Origin: Abditibacteriaceae bacterium
GTDB lineage: Bacteria > Armatimonadota > Abditibacteriia > Abditibacteriales > Abditibacteriaceae
Length of the DNA stretch: 24,497 nucleotides
Direction: 5' to 3'
Assembly: GCA_031372065.1 (NCBI GenBank)
Contig: JANMKN010000173.1
Location: 1 to 24,497, forward strand
This document shows positions 8,385 to 16,938 of this stretch, piece by piece. The position numbers and the translations under genes are program-made. Under the pieces are notes generated by a model. It was not told the DNA's origin. It saw only the letters and a list, made by a program, of their open reading frames with translations, and searched no databases. Positions within the stretch are counted from its first letter, which is position 1; each line of letters starts with the position of its first letter.

Positions 8385-9074
8385 ATGAGTTGGCTTCAGC
8401 TTGATCCTCAGAATCTTGTTGGCCGCGCCCGTGATGGCGGCGCGCAGGCGCCTTCGCTGGCGACTTCACTATGGCGCGGCATAGTCGGGTTCATGCTGGT
8501 CAGCCTCGCCGGTTTCGCGCCGTGGGTCGTAGGCGGGACGTGGCTTTATAACCATTTCGGCGAATTTTCGGTCTATGTGATCTGCGCGTTTAGTTTCGTT
8601 CTTTTCAGCGGCCTGATGTTGCACAGGCTCATCATCGGCCCCGGTTCGTTTGTGCGTTTTTATAAGTTGTTCGGCGCTGCATTCGGCGTTTACGCCGCGA
8701 CGTGGATATTCTGCTGGATGATGATCGCGGGTGAAACAGGCTGTCTCATCGGCCTGCTTGCGGGCACGGTTTTTATGGGTTTGATATTAGCGCACGCTTT
8801 TGAAGCGACGCGCTCCACGATATTCATCGTTGCTGCGCTGTCGTTGAATCTGCTTGGTTACTACGGCGGCTCTTGGATTGAAGGCCTCGTGACGCGAAGG
8901 CAGGATTTCAAACTTTGGCTCATAGCGCACGGTGTTTCGCATCCAGCGATGATTGCCCAACTATCATGGGGTGCGGTTTACGGTATCAGTTTCGGCGTCG
9001 GCTTAGGCCTTGCGTTCTATTTCTGCCAAGCGCAAGCCCGTGCCTTGTTGAATGACAAAGAAGCGAAGGATTAA
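8385..9074 (+). CDS. Hypothetical integral membrane protein (about 6 transmembrane helices)
   Basis: Several hydrophobic Gly/Ala/Phe-rich segments. Start moved from 8262 to the in-frame ATG at 8385 because the upstream extension lies inside the repeat element. Confidence 0.75.
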   Translation: MSWLQLDPQNLVGRARDGGAQAPSLATSLWRGIVGFMLVSLAGFAPWVVGGTWLYNHFGEFSVYVICAFSFVLFSGLMLHRLIIGPGSFVRFYKLFGAAFGVYAATWIFCWMMIAGETGCLIGLLAGTVFMGLILAHAFEATRSTIFIVAALSLNLLGYYGGSWIEGLVTRRQDFKLWLIAHGVSHPAMIAQLSWGAVYGISFGVGLGLAFYFCQAQARALLNDKEAKD

Positions 9075-9097
9075 CAGAACCTACCCTTTTGATCGCA

Positions 9098-9387
9098 CCC
9101 GAAATCCCTCTAACAACACAAAAACCGCCTGCTACGCCACACGCGGCACCTGCTACGCTATACGAGACGCCTGTGATGCCACACGAGACGTATAGGACGA
9201 CGCACAATCTGTCTGTGATAGCACACGAGACGTTTGGGATGGCGCACGAGACGCCTGTGAGAGCGGACAATTTCAAATTGTGTGCTATCCCATACGTCTC
9301 GTGTGGCATCACAGGCGTCTCGTGTAGCATCACAGACAGATTGTGTGCCGTCCCAGAGGCTACGCGCCGCGTCCTAAGCCTGTTTTA
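9098..9387. repeat. Head-to-head (palindromic) array of degenerate 21-bp units
   Basis: Plus-strand units start at 9119, 9140, 9161, 9182, 9203, 9224 and 9245 (consensus about CACGAGACGCCTGTGATGCCA). Centre ACAATTT-C-AAATTGT at 9267-9281. Then 4-5 units in reverse orientation. A perfect 32-bp inverted repeat pairs 9162-9193 with 9292-9323. Confidence 0.9.
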
Positions 9388-9490
9388 CTGGAATTTGCAG
9401 CAAATTAATCGTGAAAGGTATCAAAAGCGGCGCTAACGCTCTCTTTCAAGCGCGGTGTCACTTCTAATCGTTGTTGCTCTAGACGCTTGC

Positions 9491-9520
9491 TTGCCATCGG
9501 CCTCAGTGTGACACTATAAA
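9491..9520 (+). promoter_or_regulatory. Candidate sigma70-type promoter
   Basis: TTGCCA (9491-9496), 18-nt spacer, TATAAA (9515-9520), 17 nt before ATG 9538. Confidence 0.35.
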
Positions 9521-9537
9521 AGATAATTGGAATCACC

Positions 9538-9768
9538 ATGACAAACGAAAACAACGAGGGCACCGCCCCCCAAAGCCAAGAAACACCGCCGGAAACACCA
9601 GACGAAGTTGAAACACCACGCGCCAAGACGCCCTTGGAACTGGTGCGCGAACGCGAGGCGAAAATGCGTGGTCATACAGCGGCTCAAGGACGCACCTCCC
9701 AGAACCGCCAAACTTCCTCGGCGGCGAATTCCTACAAACGGCGCCAGCACCAACGACGCGCTGGCTAA
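9538..9768 (+). CDS. Small hypothetical protein with acidic disordered N-terminus and basic C-terminus
   Basis: 76 aa, ATG start preceded by GGA, genome-like codon use, co-oriented 28 nt upstream of the HAD gene. Ends KRRQHQRRAG. Confidence 0.65.
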   Translation: MTNENNEGTAPQSQETPPETPDEVETPRAKTPLELVREREAKMRGHTAAQGRTSQNRQTSSAANSYKRRQHQRRAG

Positions 9769-9796
9769 ATGAGCCGATAACACCTGCTGCCCTTCT

Positions 9797-10453
9797 ATGA
9801 CCTTGCCCTACGATGCCGTTATTTTCGATTTCGATGGCACATTAGCCGACACCATTCCTTTAATTGTGGCCTCGTTCAATGCCGCTTGCGCCGAGCCTTT
9901 GGGACAGGTGCTGTCGCATGAAGAAGTGATAGCGCGCTTTGGCATTCCCGACGCGGCTATGCTGCGCCGCGAGTTGCAAAACAGGCCTGACGCCATCGAG
10001 ACGGCTATCGAAAACTATTTTCGGCACTACGAAAACGCGCACACGATGGTGCAAGTGTTTCCCGGCATTCAGCAATTGTTAGAAGCCTTGCAACAACGCC
10101 GCACACCACTGGGCGTGATGACCGGCAAAGGGCGCCTTGCAGCAGAAATCAGCCTGCGCCAACTGGATTGGCAGCACTTTTTTGGAAGCGTAATCACTGG
10201 AGACGATGTCGAACAGCAAAAGCCGCATCCCGAAGGCGTCTTGCGCGCCGCCCGCGAACTGAACGTTGCGCCCGAACGCTGCCTTTTCATCGGCGATTCT
10301 CCCGCCGACATCGGTGCCGGAAAAGCAGCGGGCATGACCACCATCGCAGCGCTCTGGCACAACTTTTACGAAGACCAGTTGCGCGCCTGCGCGCCCGATT
10401 ATTGGGCGTGGACAACAAAAGAATTAGCTCAGTATTTGGGTTTGGAAAATTAA
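9797..10453 (+). CDS. HAD-superfamily hydrolase, subfamily IA (phosphoglycolate phosphatase/PpaX-like)
   Basis: Motif I FDFDGTLAD, motif II VMTGK, motif III KPHPEG, motif IV IGDSPADI. Confidence 0.92.
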   Translation: MTLPYDAVIFDFDGTLADTIPLIVASFNAACAEPLGQVLSHEEVIARFGIPDAAMLRRELQNRPDAIETAIENYFRHYENAHTMVQVFPGIQQLLEALQQRRTPLGVMTGKGRLAAEISLRQLDWQHFFGSVITGDDVEQQKPHPEGVLRAARELNVAPERCLFIGDSPADIGAGKAAGMTTIAALWHNFYEDQLRACAPDYWAWTTKELAQYLGLEN

Positions 10454-10548
10454 GTTAAAAACCGTCTCACGGTTGCGCGATTGATCCTTTCAATTGTCAT
10501 AAACTCTCAATCGAACTTTAGCCTGCGGGATGAACTTCTTCAAAGCGT

Positions 10549-12432
10549 ATGTCCCTGATTGCTCCCCTTAATTTGCTTTTCCTCTCGCTCATTGGGGCGA
10601 TTGTGATGCTGTATATTTTGCGCTTGCGGCGTAAAGAGCGCGTGATTTCCTCTAATTTATTGTGGGAATCGGCTCTGCGCGACTTACAAGCCAACGCGCC
10701 GTGGCAGAAATTGCGTTCGTCGCTCCTCATGTGGCTTCAAATCGCGTTTCTGGTATTGGCGGCGTTTGCTTTGGCGCGTCCGGCGATCAAAGTTCTGGCA
10801 ACCAACGGGCAAACCGTGGCGATTGTCTTGGATGCGTCCGGCTCGATGGCCGCTACAGACGTTTCGCCCTCGCGCTTTGGCGACGCTACGAAAAAAGCCG
10901 AAAAACTGGTCATGGATTTATCGCCCGGCGACCGTGCCACGATTATCCAAAGCGGCGCGCAAACACGTGTTTTAGCGCCATTGACAAGTGATAAAGGCGC
11001 GCTCAAACGCGCCCTTTTGCACGCGCAAACACAAGACACAGCGTGCGATTTACGCGAAGCGATTGTGTTGGCGGCTTCGCTTTTGAAAAATCAAAAAACG
11101 AGCGGCAAAAACCCCGGACAGATTTATGTTTTCAGCGATGGCGCGGTGCCCGCGCTGGCCGATTTGAATACCGGCGATGTGGGTGTGCAATTCGTAAAAA
11201 TCGGCAAGGGCAGCGACAATGTGGCAATTACCGCACTGGATGTGCGGCGCGATTATTCGGAGCAGGCCGATAATCAAATCTTCGTCAACGTGCGCAATTT
11301 TTCGAATCGCGCGCGCAAAATCAACCTCGAATTATCGCGCAATGGCAGTCTGGTGGCCGTGGAACCGATGGATTTGCCGCCCTATGACCGCAAAAATGCG
11401 GCGAGCGGCCAAGTTTCGCACATCTTCAATAAATTGCGCTTTCAGGATGGCATATTTACGGCGCGCTTCGATGAAAAAGATGATCTTGCCGGCGATAACG
11501 TCGCGTTTGCCGTGCTGGCGCCGCCGCACGAATTGAAAGTGCTGCTGCTTTCCGACAATTTATTTTTAGAAAAGGCGCTCAACAATGACCCCTTTGTCAA
11601 ACTTTTCCGCGCCGATAAATCTCAGGCGCTTGAAGGTCAATATGACATCGTAGTCATTGACGGCGCCGCGCCGCCCAAACTACCGCTGGGCAATCAATTG
11701 GTGTTCAATACCACCACCGACCTGACGCCCGTCACCGTAGTAGGCGAAGCCAAAACACCGGGCGTGGCCGATTGGGATCGCAAACATCCTGTGACGCGCT
11801 TTGCGCCATGGAGCGATGTTTTATTCGCGCGTTCCAAAGCTGTGACACTCAAACCGTGGGGACAATCAGTGGTCGAAGCCGAACGCACGCCATTGGTCGT
11901 AGCAGGCGAAAAACAAACCGCCAACGGCACGCGCCGCGTTATTTGGTGCGGTTTCGACTTGAGCGAAAGCAATTTGCCGCTGCGTGTGGCGTTTCCGATT
12001 TTTATTACCAGTGCCGTGCGCTGGTTGGGCGCCGCGCCGGGTTCAACTGGTGAAAATACGCCGCGCCGTCCCGGTGAAATCGTGCCGCTGACGCCGCCGC
12101 AAGGTGTGACGCAAATCAGCATAGCCGCGCCGGATAAATCAGCGCGCACCTTGCAAGTTGAGGATGGCCGCGCGCTTTATGATGGCGCGGAGCATTCGGG
12201 AATTTATACCGCTTCGGCCAAGGGCAGCCCGTGGACGGAGAAATTTGCCGTCAGTATGTTGTCCAAAAGTGAAAGCGATATTCAACCGGGCGATGCCTTG
12301 AAAATGCAGGAAGGCAAAGCCTTGCAAGGCGAAACCAATGCTCGCGCCAACCGCGAATTATGGGCGCTGGTTATCTTTGGTGCGCTCGCGCTTTTGACTG
12401 TGGAATGGTGGGTTTACCATCGCGGTGTTTAG
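10549..12432 (+). CDS. BatA N-terminal and VWA domain membrane protein
   Basis: N-terminal hydrophobic helix, LYILRLRR...SSNLLW and LALARP (BatA-like). MIDAS motif VLDASGSM, then T and FSDG. C-terminal TM helix ending LLTVEWWVYHR. Confidence 0.88.
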   Translation: MSLIAPLNLLFLSLIGAIVMLYILRLRRKERVISSNLLWESALRDLQANAPWQKLRSSLLMWLQIAFLVLAAFALARPAIKVLATNGQTVAIVLDASGSMAATDVSPSRFGDATKKAEKLVMDLSPGDRATIIQSGAQTRVLAPLTSDKGALKRALLHAQTQDTACDLREAIVLAASLLKNQKTSGKNPGQIYVFSDGAVPALADLNTGDVGVQFVKIGKGSDNVAITALDVRRDYSEQADNQIFVNVRNFSNRARKINLELSRNGSLVAVEPMDLPPYDRKNAASGQVSHIFNKLRFQDGIFTARFDEKDDLAGDNVAFAVLAPPHELKVLLLSDNLFLEKALNNDPFVKLFRADKSQALEGQYDIVVIDGAAPPKLPLGNQLVFNTTTDLTPVTVVGEAKTPGVADWDRKHPVTRFAPWSDVLFARSKAVTLKPWGQSVVEAERTPLVVAGEKQTANGTRRVIWCGFDLSESNLPLRVAFPIFITSAVRWLGAAPGSTGENTPRRPGEIVPLTPPQGVTQISIAAPDKSARTLQVEDGRALYDGAEHSGIYTASAKGSPWTEKFAVSMLSKSESDIQPGDALKMQEGKALQGETNARANRELWALVIFGALALLTVEWWVYHRGV

Positions 12433-12552
12433 CAGCGAAAACGCACGCTCCATAGCAACTTTACTTTAAACCTCGTGCGGCTTTGGGCCAAATCGCCGAT
12501 AATGAAAATAACTGATGGTCGAACGTAGAACCATCACAAATGAGAGGATTTC

Positions 12553-12864
12553 ATGGATCAACAACCGTTTAATCAGCCGCCGATTCCACCAGTCGGGCCT
12601 CCTTTTGGCGGGCCGGGACAAATGCCGCCCAACGTCTCCAGCACTAAATTGGCTGCCGGATTGTGTGGCATTTTGCTGAACGGGCTTGGCATTCACAAGT
12701 TCATCTTGGGCTACACCAAAGAAGGCATCATTACAATTGTGGCTTCGCTCCTGACGTGTGGCGTTTTCACTATTGTGCCTTTTATCGAAGGCATTATGTA
12801 TTTGGTGAAGTCTGACCAAGAATTTTATGAGACCTATATGCTGAACAAAAAGCCGTGGTTTTAA
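12553..12864 (+). CDS. TM2 domain-containing membrane protein
   Basis: KLAAGLCGILLNGLGIHKFILG and IEGIMYLVKSDQEFYETY are typical of the family. Pro-rich N-terminus. GAGGA Shine-Dalgarno upstream. Confidence 0.9.
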   Translation: MDQQPFNQPPIPPVGPPFGGPGQMPPNVSSTKLAAGLCGILLNGLGIHKFILGYTKEGIITIVASLLTCGVFTIVPFIEGIMYLVKSDQEFYETYMLNKKPWF

Positions 12865-12888
12865 ACTACAGCTCCAAGGTGAGACGTT

Positions 12889-14124
12889 TCACAGCGCTTC
12901 TTGGCTCGCCTTTTGTTTTGCGGCGATCAGTTCTTCATAAAGTTGGACGGTGCGACGCGTGGCAGAGGTTTCACTCCGATGCCGCGCGCTTTCTCGTGCA
13001 GCGGCGCCCATTTCTTTCATTTTTTCGGGGTTTCTCACCAAAGCATCCACAGCTAACGCCAATGCCGAGGCCAAATGCGGCACAATTTGACCGGTAACAC
13101 CTACTTCGATAATTTCGCGGGCGCTAAAGGAGTCAATGGCCACCACGGGCGTGCCGGAAGCCAGACTTTCGCCAATAGTGAGCGGATTGACTTCGGTCAC
13201 GCTGGGCATTAAAAACAAATCGGCGGCAGCATAATAACGCGGTGTTTGATCGTGTGGCTGCTTGCCTGTGAAAATCACACGCTCGCGTAATTGCAATTCC
13301 TCTACGCGCTTTTCGAGGTCTTCGCGACCTGAGCCATCGCCCACAAAAACCATACGGGCATCGCCTCGGTATAAAATGGGCGCCACGGCTTCCAACAGCA
13401 AAATCAGGTTTTTTTCCGGCGCAATACGACCTACATAAAGCAGAAGAGCTTCATCCGCTTGCAAACCTAATTCGTCGCGCACTCCAGCACCATCGGCAGT
13501 CAAAAAACGATGCAAATCGAGGTCATTGGGAATAACGGTAATCGGCGCTTCGATGCCATAAGTGCGCAGCAGCGTTTCCATACCGGCGGCCACAGTTACG
13601 ACATGATCACATTTGTTGCAAAACTCGCGCACGATGCGTCGCACCAGCGTTTTTCCAGTATCGGGCATGGGCGACCAGTAATGAACGTATTGCTCATACT
13701 GCGTGTGAATAGTGCAAATCAGCGGCAAATCCATCCAGCGCGATAGCATTCGCGCCGCCGTGCCGAGTGTAAACGGATGCTGCGTGTGAACGATGTCGTA
13801 ATCGCGCCACGCAATGCGCGCGAGGCCGATTGGCGTCATCGGCAAACTGAGAGGAATCCAACCGGGCACCGAAGTGGTCAAAGCGCGCAAGCGTTCCAGC
13901 CCCGGTTCGATGAGGGGCTGTTCGGGATGCCACGGCGCATAAACGTCTACTTCGTGGCCTAATTTGCGCAAACCTTCGACCAAAGTGGCGGTGGCAACAG
14001 AAACCCCGCTGATAATCGGCGGATAGGCCTCGGTAAACATCGCTACGCGCAATTTACCGGGCTGGCGCGGCGCAGATTTGGAAACTAAGCGGGCAACACT
14101 TGTTGGTGACAAACGCGAAGACAT
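12889..14124 (-). CDS. Glycosyltransferase family 4 (GT-B fold, glycolipid/diacylglycerol glucosyltransferase-like)
   Basis: VAMFTEAYPPIISGVS, HTQHPF, TIHTQYEQY, YVGRIAPEKN and PSVTEVNPLTIGESLASGTPVV. Start chosen at ATG 14124 to avoid crowding msrA; exact start uncertain. Confidence 0.88.
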   Translation of the reverse strand: MSSRLSPTSVARLVSKSAPRQPGKLRVAMFTEAYPPIISGVSVATATLVEGLRKLGHEVDVYAPWHPEQPLIEPGLERLRALTTSVPGWIPLSLPMTPIGLARIAWRDYDIVHTQHPFTLGTAARMLSRWMDLPLICTIHTQYEQYVHYWSPMPDTGKTLVRRIVREFCNKCDHVVTVAAGMETLLRTYGIEAPITVIPNDLDLHRFLTADGAGVRDELGLQADEALLLYVGRIAPEKNLILLLEAVAPILYRGDARMVFVGDGSGREDLEKRVEELQLRERVIFTGKQPHDQTPRYYAAADLFLMPSVTEVNPLTIGESLASGTPVVAIDSFSAREIIEVGVTGQIVPHLASALALAVDALVRNPEKMKEMGAAARESARHRSETSATRRTVQLYEELIAAKQKASQEAL

Positions 14125-14238
14125 GAATTTTCGGGAACTTGACGGCGATTTACGACCTTGTTTAGTATGCTTGACGACGCGCCGCGCCGCCAATTTGCAC
14201 AGACGTTCATTTATCACATTCGTCAGGAGACAAATCTC

Positions 14239-14736
14239 ATGCAGGACAATTTACAAACCACACAAAACCAATTTGCCACTTTTGGCGCCGGTTGTTTTTG
14301 GGGCGTCGAAGCCGCTTTTCGCCGCACGCCCGGCGTTATCGCCACCGTTGTTGGCTACGCGGGTGGCCAAACGCAAAACCCGACTTACAAAGAAGTTTGC
14401 ACAGGCCGCACCAACCACGCCGAAGTGGTGCAAGTGGAATTCGACCCGGCGCAAGTTTCTTACGAGCAACTGCTGGATGTTTTTTGGGGCAATCACAATC
14501 CTACACAGGTCAACCGCCAAGGGCCGGATGTCGGCACGCAATATCGCACAGTGATTTTTTATCACTCAGACGAGCAAAAAGCCGCCGCCGAAAAATCCAA
14601 AGCCGCTTTAGAAGCAAGCGGCCAGTTTAGCCGCCCGATTGCCACGCTTATCGAAGCCGCGCCGCCGTTTTATTTCGCCGAAGATTACCATCAGCAATAC
14701 CTCGAAAAACGCGGTCTTGCTTCGTGCCACATTTAG
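14239..14736 (+). CDS. msrA: Peptide-methionine (S)-S-oxide reductase MsrA
   Basis: GAGCFWGVE active-site motif, [27 protein letters not shown] and a C-terminal Cys. AGGAG at 14225-14229 supports ATG 14239. Confidence 0.97.
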   Translation: MQDNLQTTQNQFATFGAGCFWGVEAAFRRTPGVIATVVGYAGGQTQNPTYKEVCTGRTNHAEVVQVEFDPAQVSYEQLLDVFWGNHNPTQVNRQGPDVGTQYRTVIFYHSDEQKAAAEKSKAALEASGQFSRPIATLIEAAPPFYFAEDYHQQYLEKRGLASCHI

Positions 14737-14752
14737 ATTTGCCTTCTCTTCA

Positions 14753-14782
14753 TTGCGAAGCGGGCGCAGCGATAGTTATAAT
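14753..14782 (+). promoter_or_regulatory. Candidate sigma70 promoter for thrB
   Basis: TTGCGA (14753-14758), 18-nt spacer, perfect TATAAT (14777-14782), 37 nt upstream of ATG 14820. Confidence 0.5.
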
Positions 14783-14819
14783 GCCGCCGTTGTTAATTTT
14801 CTTTTGAAACGAAAAAACC

Positions 14820-15770
14820 ATGAGTGTTCGTGTGCGCGTGCCGGCTTCGTCGGCGAATTTGGGGCCGGGCTTTGATGCTTTGGGATTGGCGCTCAATGTC
14901 TACAATTTCGTGACGTTGGAAGAAAGCGGCAGCCACGACCGGCAACGCATCAGTGTGCGCGTGAGTGGCGAAGGCGCAGGTGCTTTGACGGGCGAAGAAG
15001 ACAACATCGCCATCATCGCGGTGCGTCATTTGTGGCGTTATTTAGGCTACGAAGCCTCAGAAAACGCGCCGTTTTGCCTGAACTTGGAAAACGCCATTCC
15101 CTTATCACGAGGTCTGGGCAGCAGCGCCGCCGCGCGCGTGGGCGCGTTAGTAGCCGCTAATGAATGGGTGCGACGGCGCGGCAAACGCGCCGCTTCACGC
15201 GCCGAATTAGTCAATTTGGCAACACAACTTGAAGGCCATCCCGATAACGTCGCCGCCGCGCTGTTGGGCGGCCTTGTCGCTTCGACAAAAACCGAAAACG
15301 ACAACCAAATCGGCGCTTTAGCCTTGCCACTGCACATTACCGAATTTCCGCGCCTTTTGGTTTTTATTCCCGATAGCGAACTGGCGACCAGCGAAGCGCG
15401 CAGCGTGTTGCCCGACGCGATTTTTATGGCTGATGCTACCTTTAACGTCAGTCGCACCGCGCTTTTAATGGCATCGCTGGCGGCGGGCCGCTGGGACAAC
15501 TTGCACGAAGCCTTGCGTGACCGCTTGCATCAAGACCACCGCGCCAAGCTGATGCCCGGCTTTTCGCCGATGCTGCGCGCCGCACGCGATGCCGGTGCCT
15601 TTGGTGCCACTTTATCTGGCGCCGGGCCGACAGTTTTAGCATGGCTGCCACAAGATGACGACATTGCAAGTGAAGTCAAAACCGCTCTCGAAAACGCCGC
15701 CGCCGAAAACGAAGTCTTCGGCCATGTCCGCGAAGTCGAAGCAGACCATGATGGCTGCGTGGTGATGTGA
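14820..15770 (+). CDS. thrB: Homoserine kinase (GHMP kinase family)
   Basis: VPASSANLGPGFDALG, IPLSRGLGSSAA, EGHPDNVA, DRLHQ and LSGAGPT. Confidence 0.96.
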   Translation: MSVRVRVPASSANLGPGFDALGLALNVYNFVTLEESGSHDRQRISVRVSGEGAGALTGEEDNIAIIAVRHLWRYLGYEASENAPFCLNLENAIPLSRGLGSSAAARVGALVAANEWVRRRGKRAASRAELVNLATQLEGHPDNVAAALLGGLVASTKTENDNQIGALALPLHITEFPRLLVFIPDSELATSEARSVLPDAIFMADATFNVSRTALLMASLAAGRWDNLHEALRDRLHQDHRAKLMPGFSPMLRAARDAGAFGATLSGAGPTVLAWLPQDDDIASEVKTALENAAAENEVFGHVREVEADHDGCVVM

Positions 15771-15846
15771 GTTCTCGCTTTACCGCCATATTGCAACATG
15801 AAACTACGCTTATTACCGACTTCGTAGAATGCTGAAACTGCAAAGG

Positions 15847-16035
15847 AATTTTAGAAAATTAGATTATAGGATGGCAAAATTAGGCCTTAGGATGGCGGAA
15901 TTATGTTATAGGATGACAAGATTAGGTCTTAGGATGGCGAAATTAGGCCTTAGGATGACGAAATTATGCCTTAGGATGACAAAATTAGGCTTTAGGATGA
16001 CAAGATTAGATTATAGGACGGCGAAATTACGTTAA
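15847..16035. repeat. Direct tandem array of 8 (plus 1 partial) degenerate 21-bp units
   Basis: Units start at 15868, 15889, 15910, 15931, 15952, 15973, 15994 and 16015, consensus AGGATGRCRARATTAKGYCTT. AT-rich compared with flanking genes. Confidence 0.92.
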
Positions 16036-16124
16036 AGAATCCACAAGATATTCGTTAGAAATAAGGAACAGATAGGTCTTTATTCTTCACTATTTTGCAA
16101 TTTTCGTGTCAGAGAAGGTCAGAA

Positions 16125-16871
16125 TCACTCCACAGTCACGAAAAAGTCGCTGCGGTCAACGGGTTTAGCGTCGGTAATCGCCACTTTTTGCGTTTTGCCG
16201 TAAGCGCAGAGCTTTTTCAAAAAACACGCGCCGCATTTGGGGCCGCCGTTGCCATCGGCGCGGCAAATGAAGCGGCCATGCGAGATTAAATTGATGTGCA
16301 AATCGAGTTTGCACTCGTCCGGCACGGCGATTTCGAGAACTTCGTGCGCTTCTTCGGCGCCGGCTTGCGGGCGAATCCAACCTAAACGTTTGGTCACGCG
16401 ATGAACGTGCGTATCAACAGGAAACGCCGGTTTGTCGAGGAAGAAAACCAAAACGCAAGCGATAGTTTTGGGGCCGACGCCGTGAAATTGCTTCAAATAA
16501 TCGCGGCATTTCTGGGGGGGCGCGTTTTGCATCCAGTTTAAATCTAAGGTTCCGGTTTCCTCGCGCATCTCCTGCAATAACTTTTTGATGCGCGCCGCTT
16601 TTTGATTGGCTAATCCGCCGCTGCGAATGGCATCGGCAATTTCCTCAACGGGCGCCTTGCGCACCTCGTCCCATGTGGGAAATTTGATTTTTAACGAGGT
16701 AAAAGCGCGGTCGCAATTGATGTCGTTAGTGGCTTGCGAGAGAATAATGAGAACCAAACCATCAAGCGGGTCGCGCTTCGAGACTTTGCGCGAGCCATAA
16801 TGCTCTTTGAGCAGTTCATGAACGCGACGAATATTAGCTTTGGAAGGTGCTTTAAATTCTTCTTTTTTCAT
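16125..16871 (-). CDS. nth: Endonuclease III family DNA glycosylase (HhH-GPD, 4Fe-4S)
   Basis: IILSQATND, HhH motif FHGVGPKT (catalytic Lys), FPVDTHVHRV (catalytic Asp) and a C-terminal four-Cys cluster. Start moved to ATG 16871 because the longer ORF overlaps tyrS. Confidence 0.88.
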   Translation of the reverse strand: MKKEEFKAPSKANIRRVHELLKEHYGSRKVSKRDPLDGLVLIILSQATNDINCDRAFTSLKIKFPTWDEVRKAPVEEIADAIRSGGLANQKAARIKKLLQEMREETGTLDLNWMQNAPPQKCRDYLKQFHGVGPKTIACVLVFFLDKPAFPVDTHVHRVTKRLGWIRPQAGAEEAHEVLEIAVPDECKLDLHINLISHGRFICRADGNGGPKCGACFLKKLCAYGKTQKVAITDAKPVDRSDFFVTVE

Positions 16872-16938
16872 GCGAAGCCGCAAACGTGCGCCACACAATT
16901 TCGTTCCCGTAGTAAAATGATGTGACCAAAGGAAAATC

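Noticed and set aside
9164..9321. Repeated GAGACG/CGTCTC (BsmBI) sites as a sign of synthetic cloning
   Set aside because: They are the conserved core of the natural degenerate repeat unit, and there are no vector features nearby.
9098..9387. CRISPR array
   Set aside because: Units are contiguous 21-mers with no unique spacers, the orientation flips midway, and there are no cas genes in the window.
8986..9436. ORFs 9089-9436 (+) and 8986-9333 (-) as protein-coding genes
   Set aside because: Both are explained by the 21-bp palindromic array, have no clear RBS and no recognisable domain. Kept only as part of the repeat finding.
10460..10474. Hairpin AACCGT-CTC-ACGGTT after the HAD gene as a terminator
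   Set aside because: Only a 6-bp stem with no following T tract on the + strand.
15847..16035. CRISPR array or plasmid iteron origin
   Set aside because: No spacers, no adjacent rep gene, and the context is chromosomal housekeeping genes.
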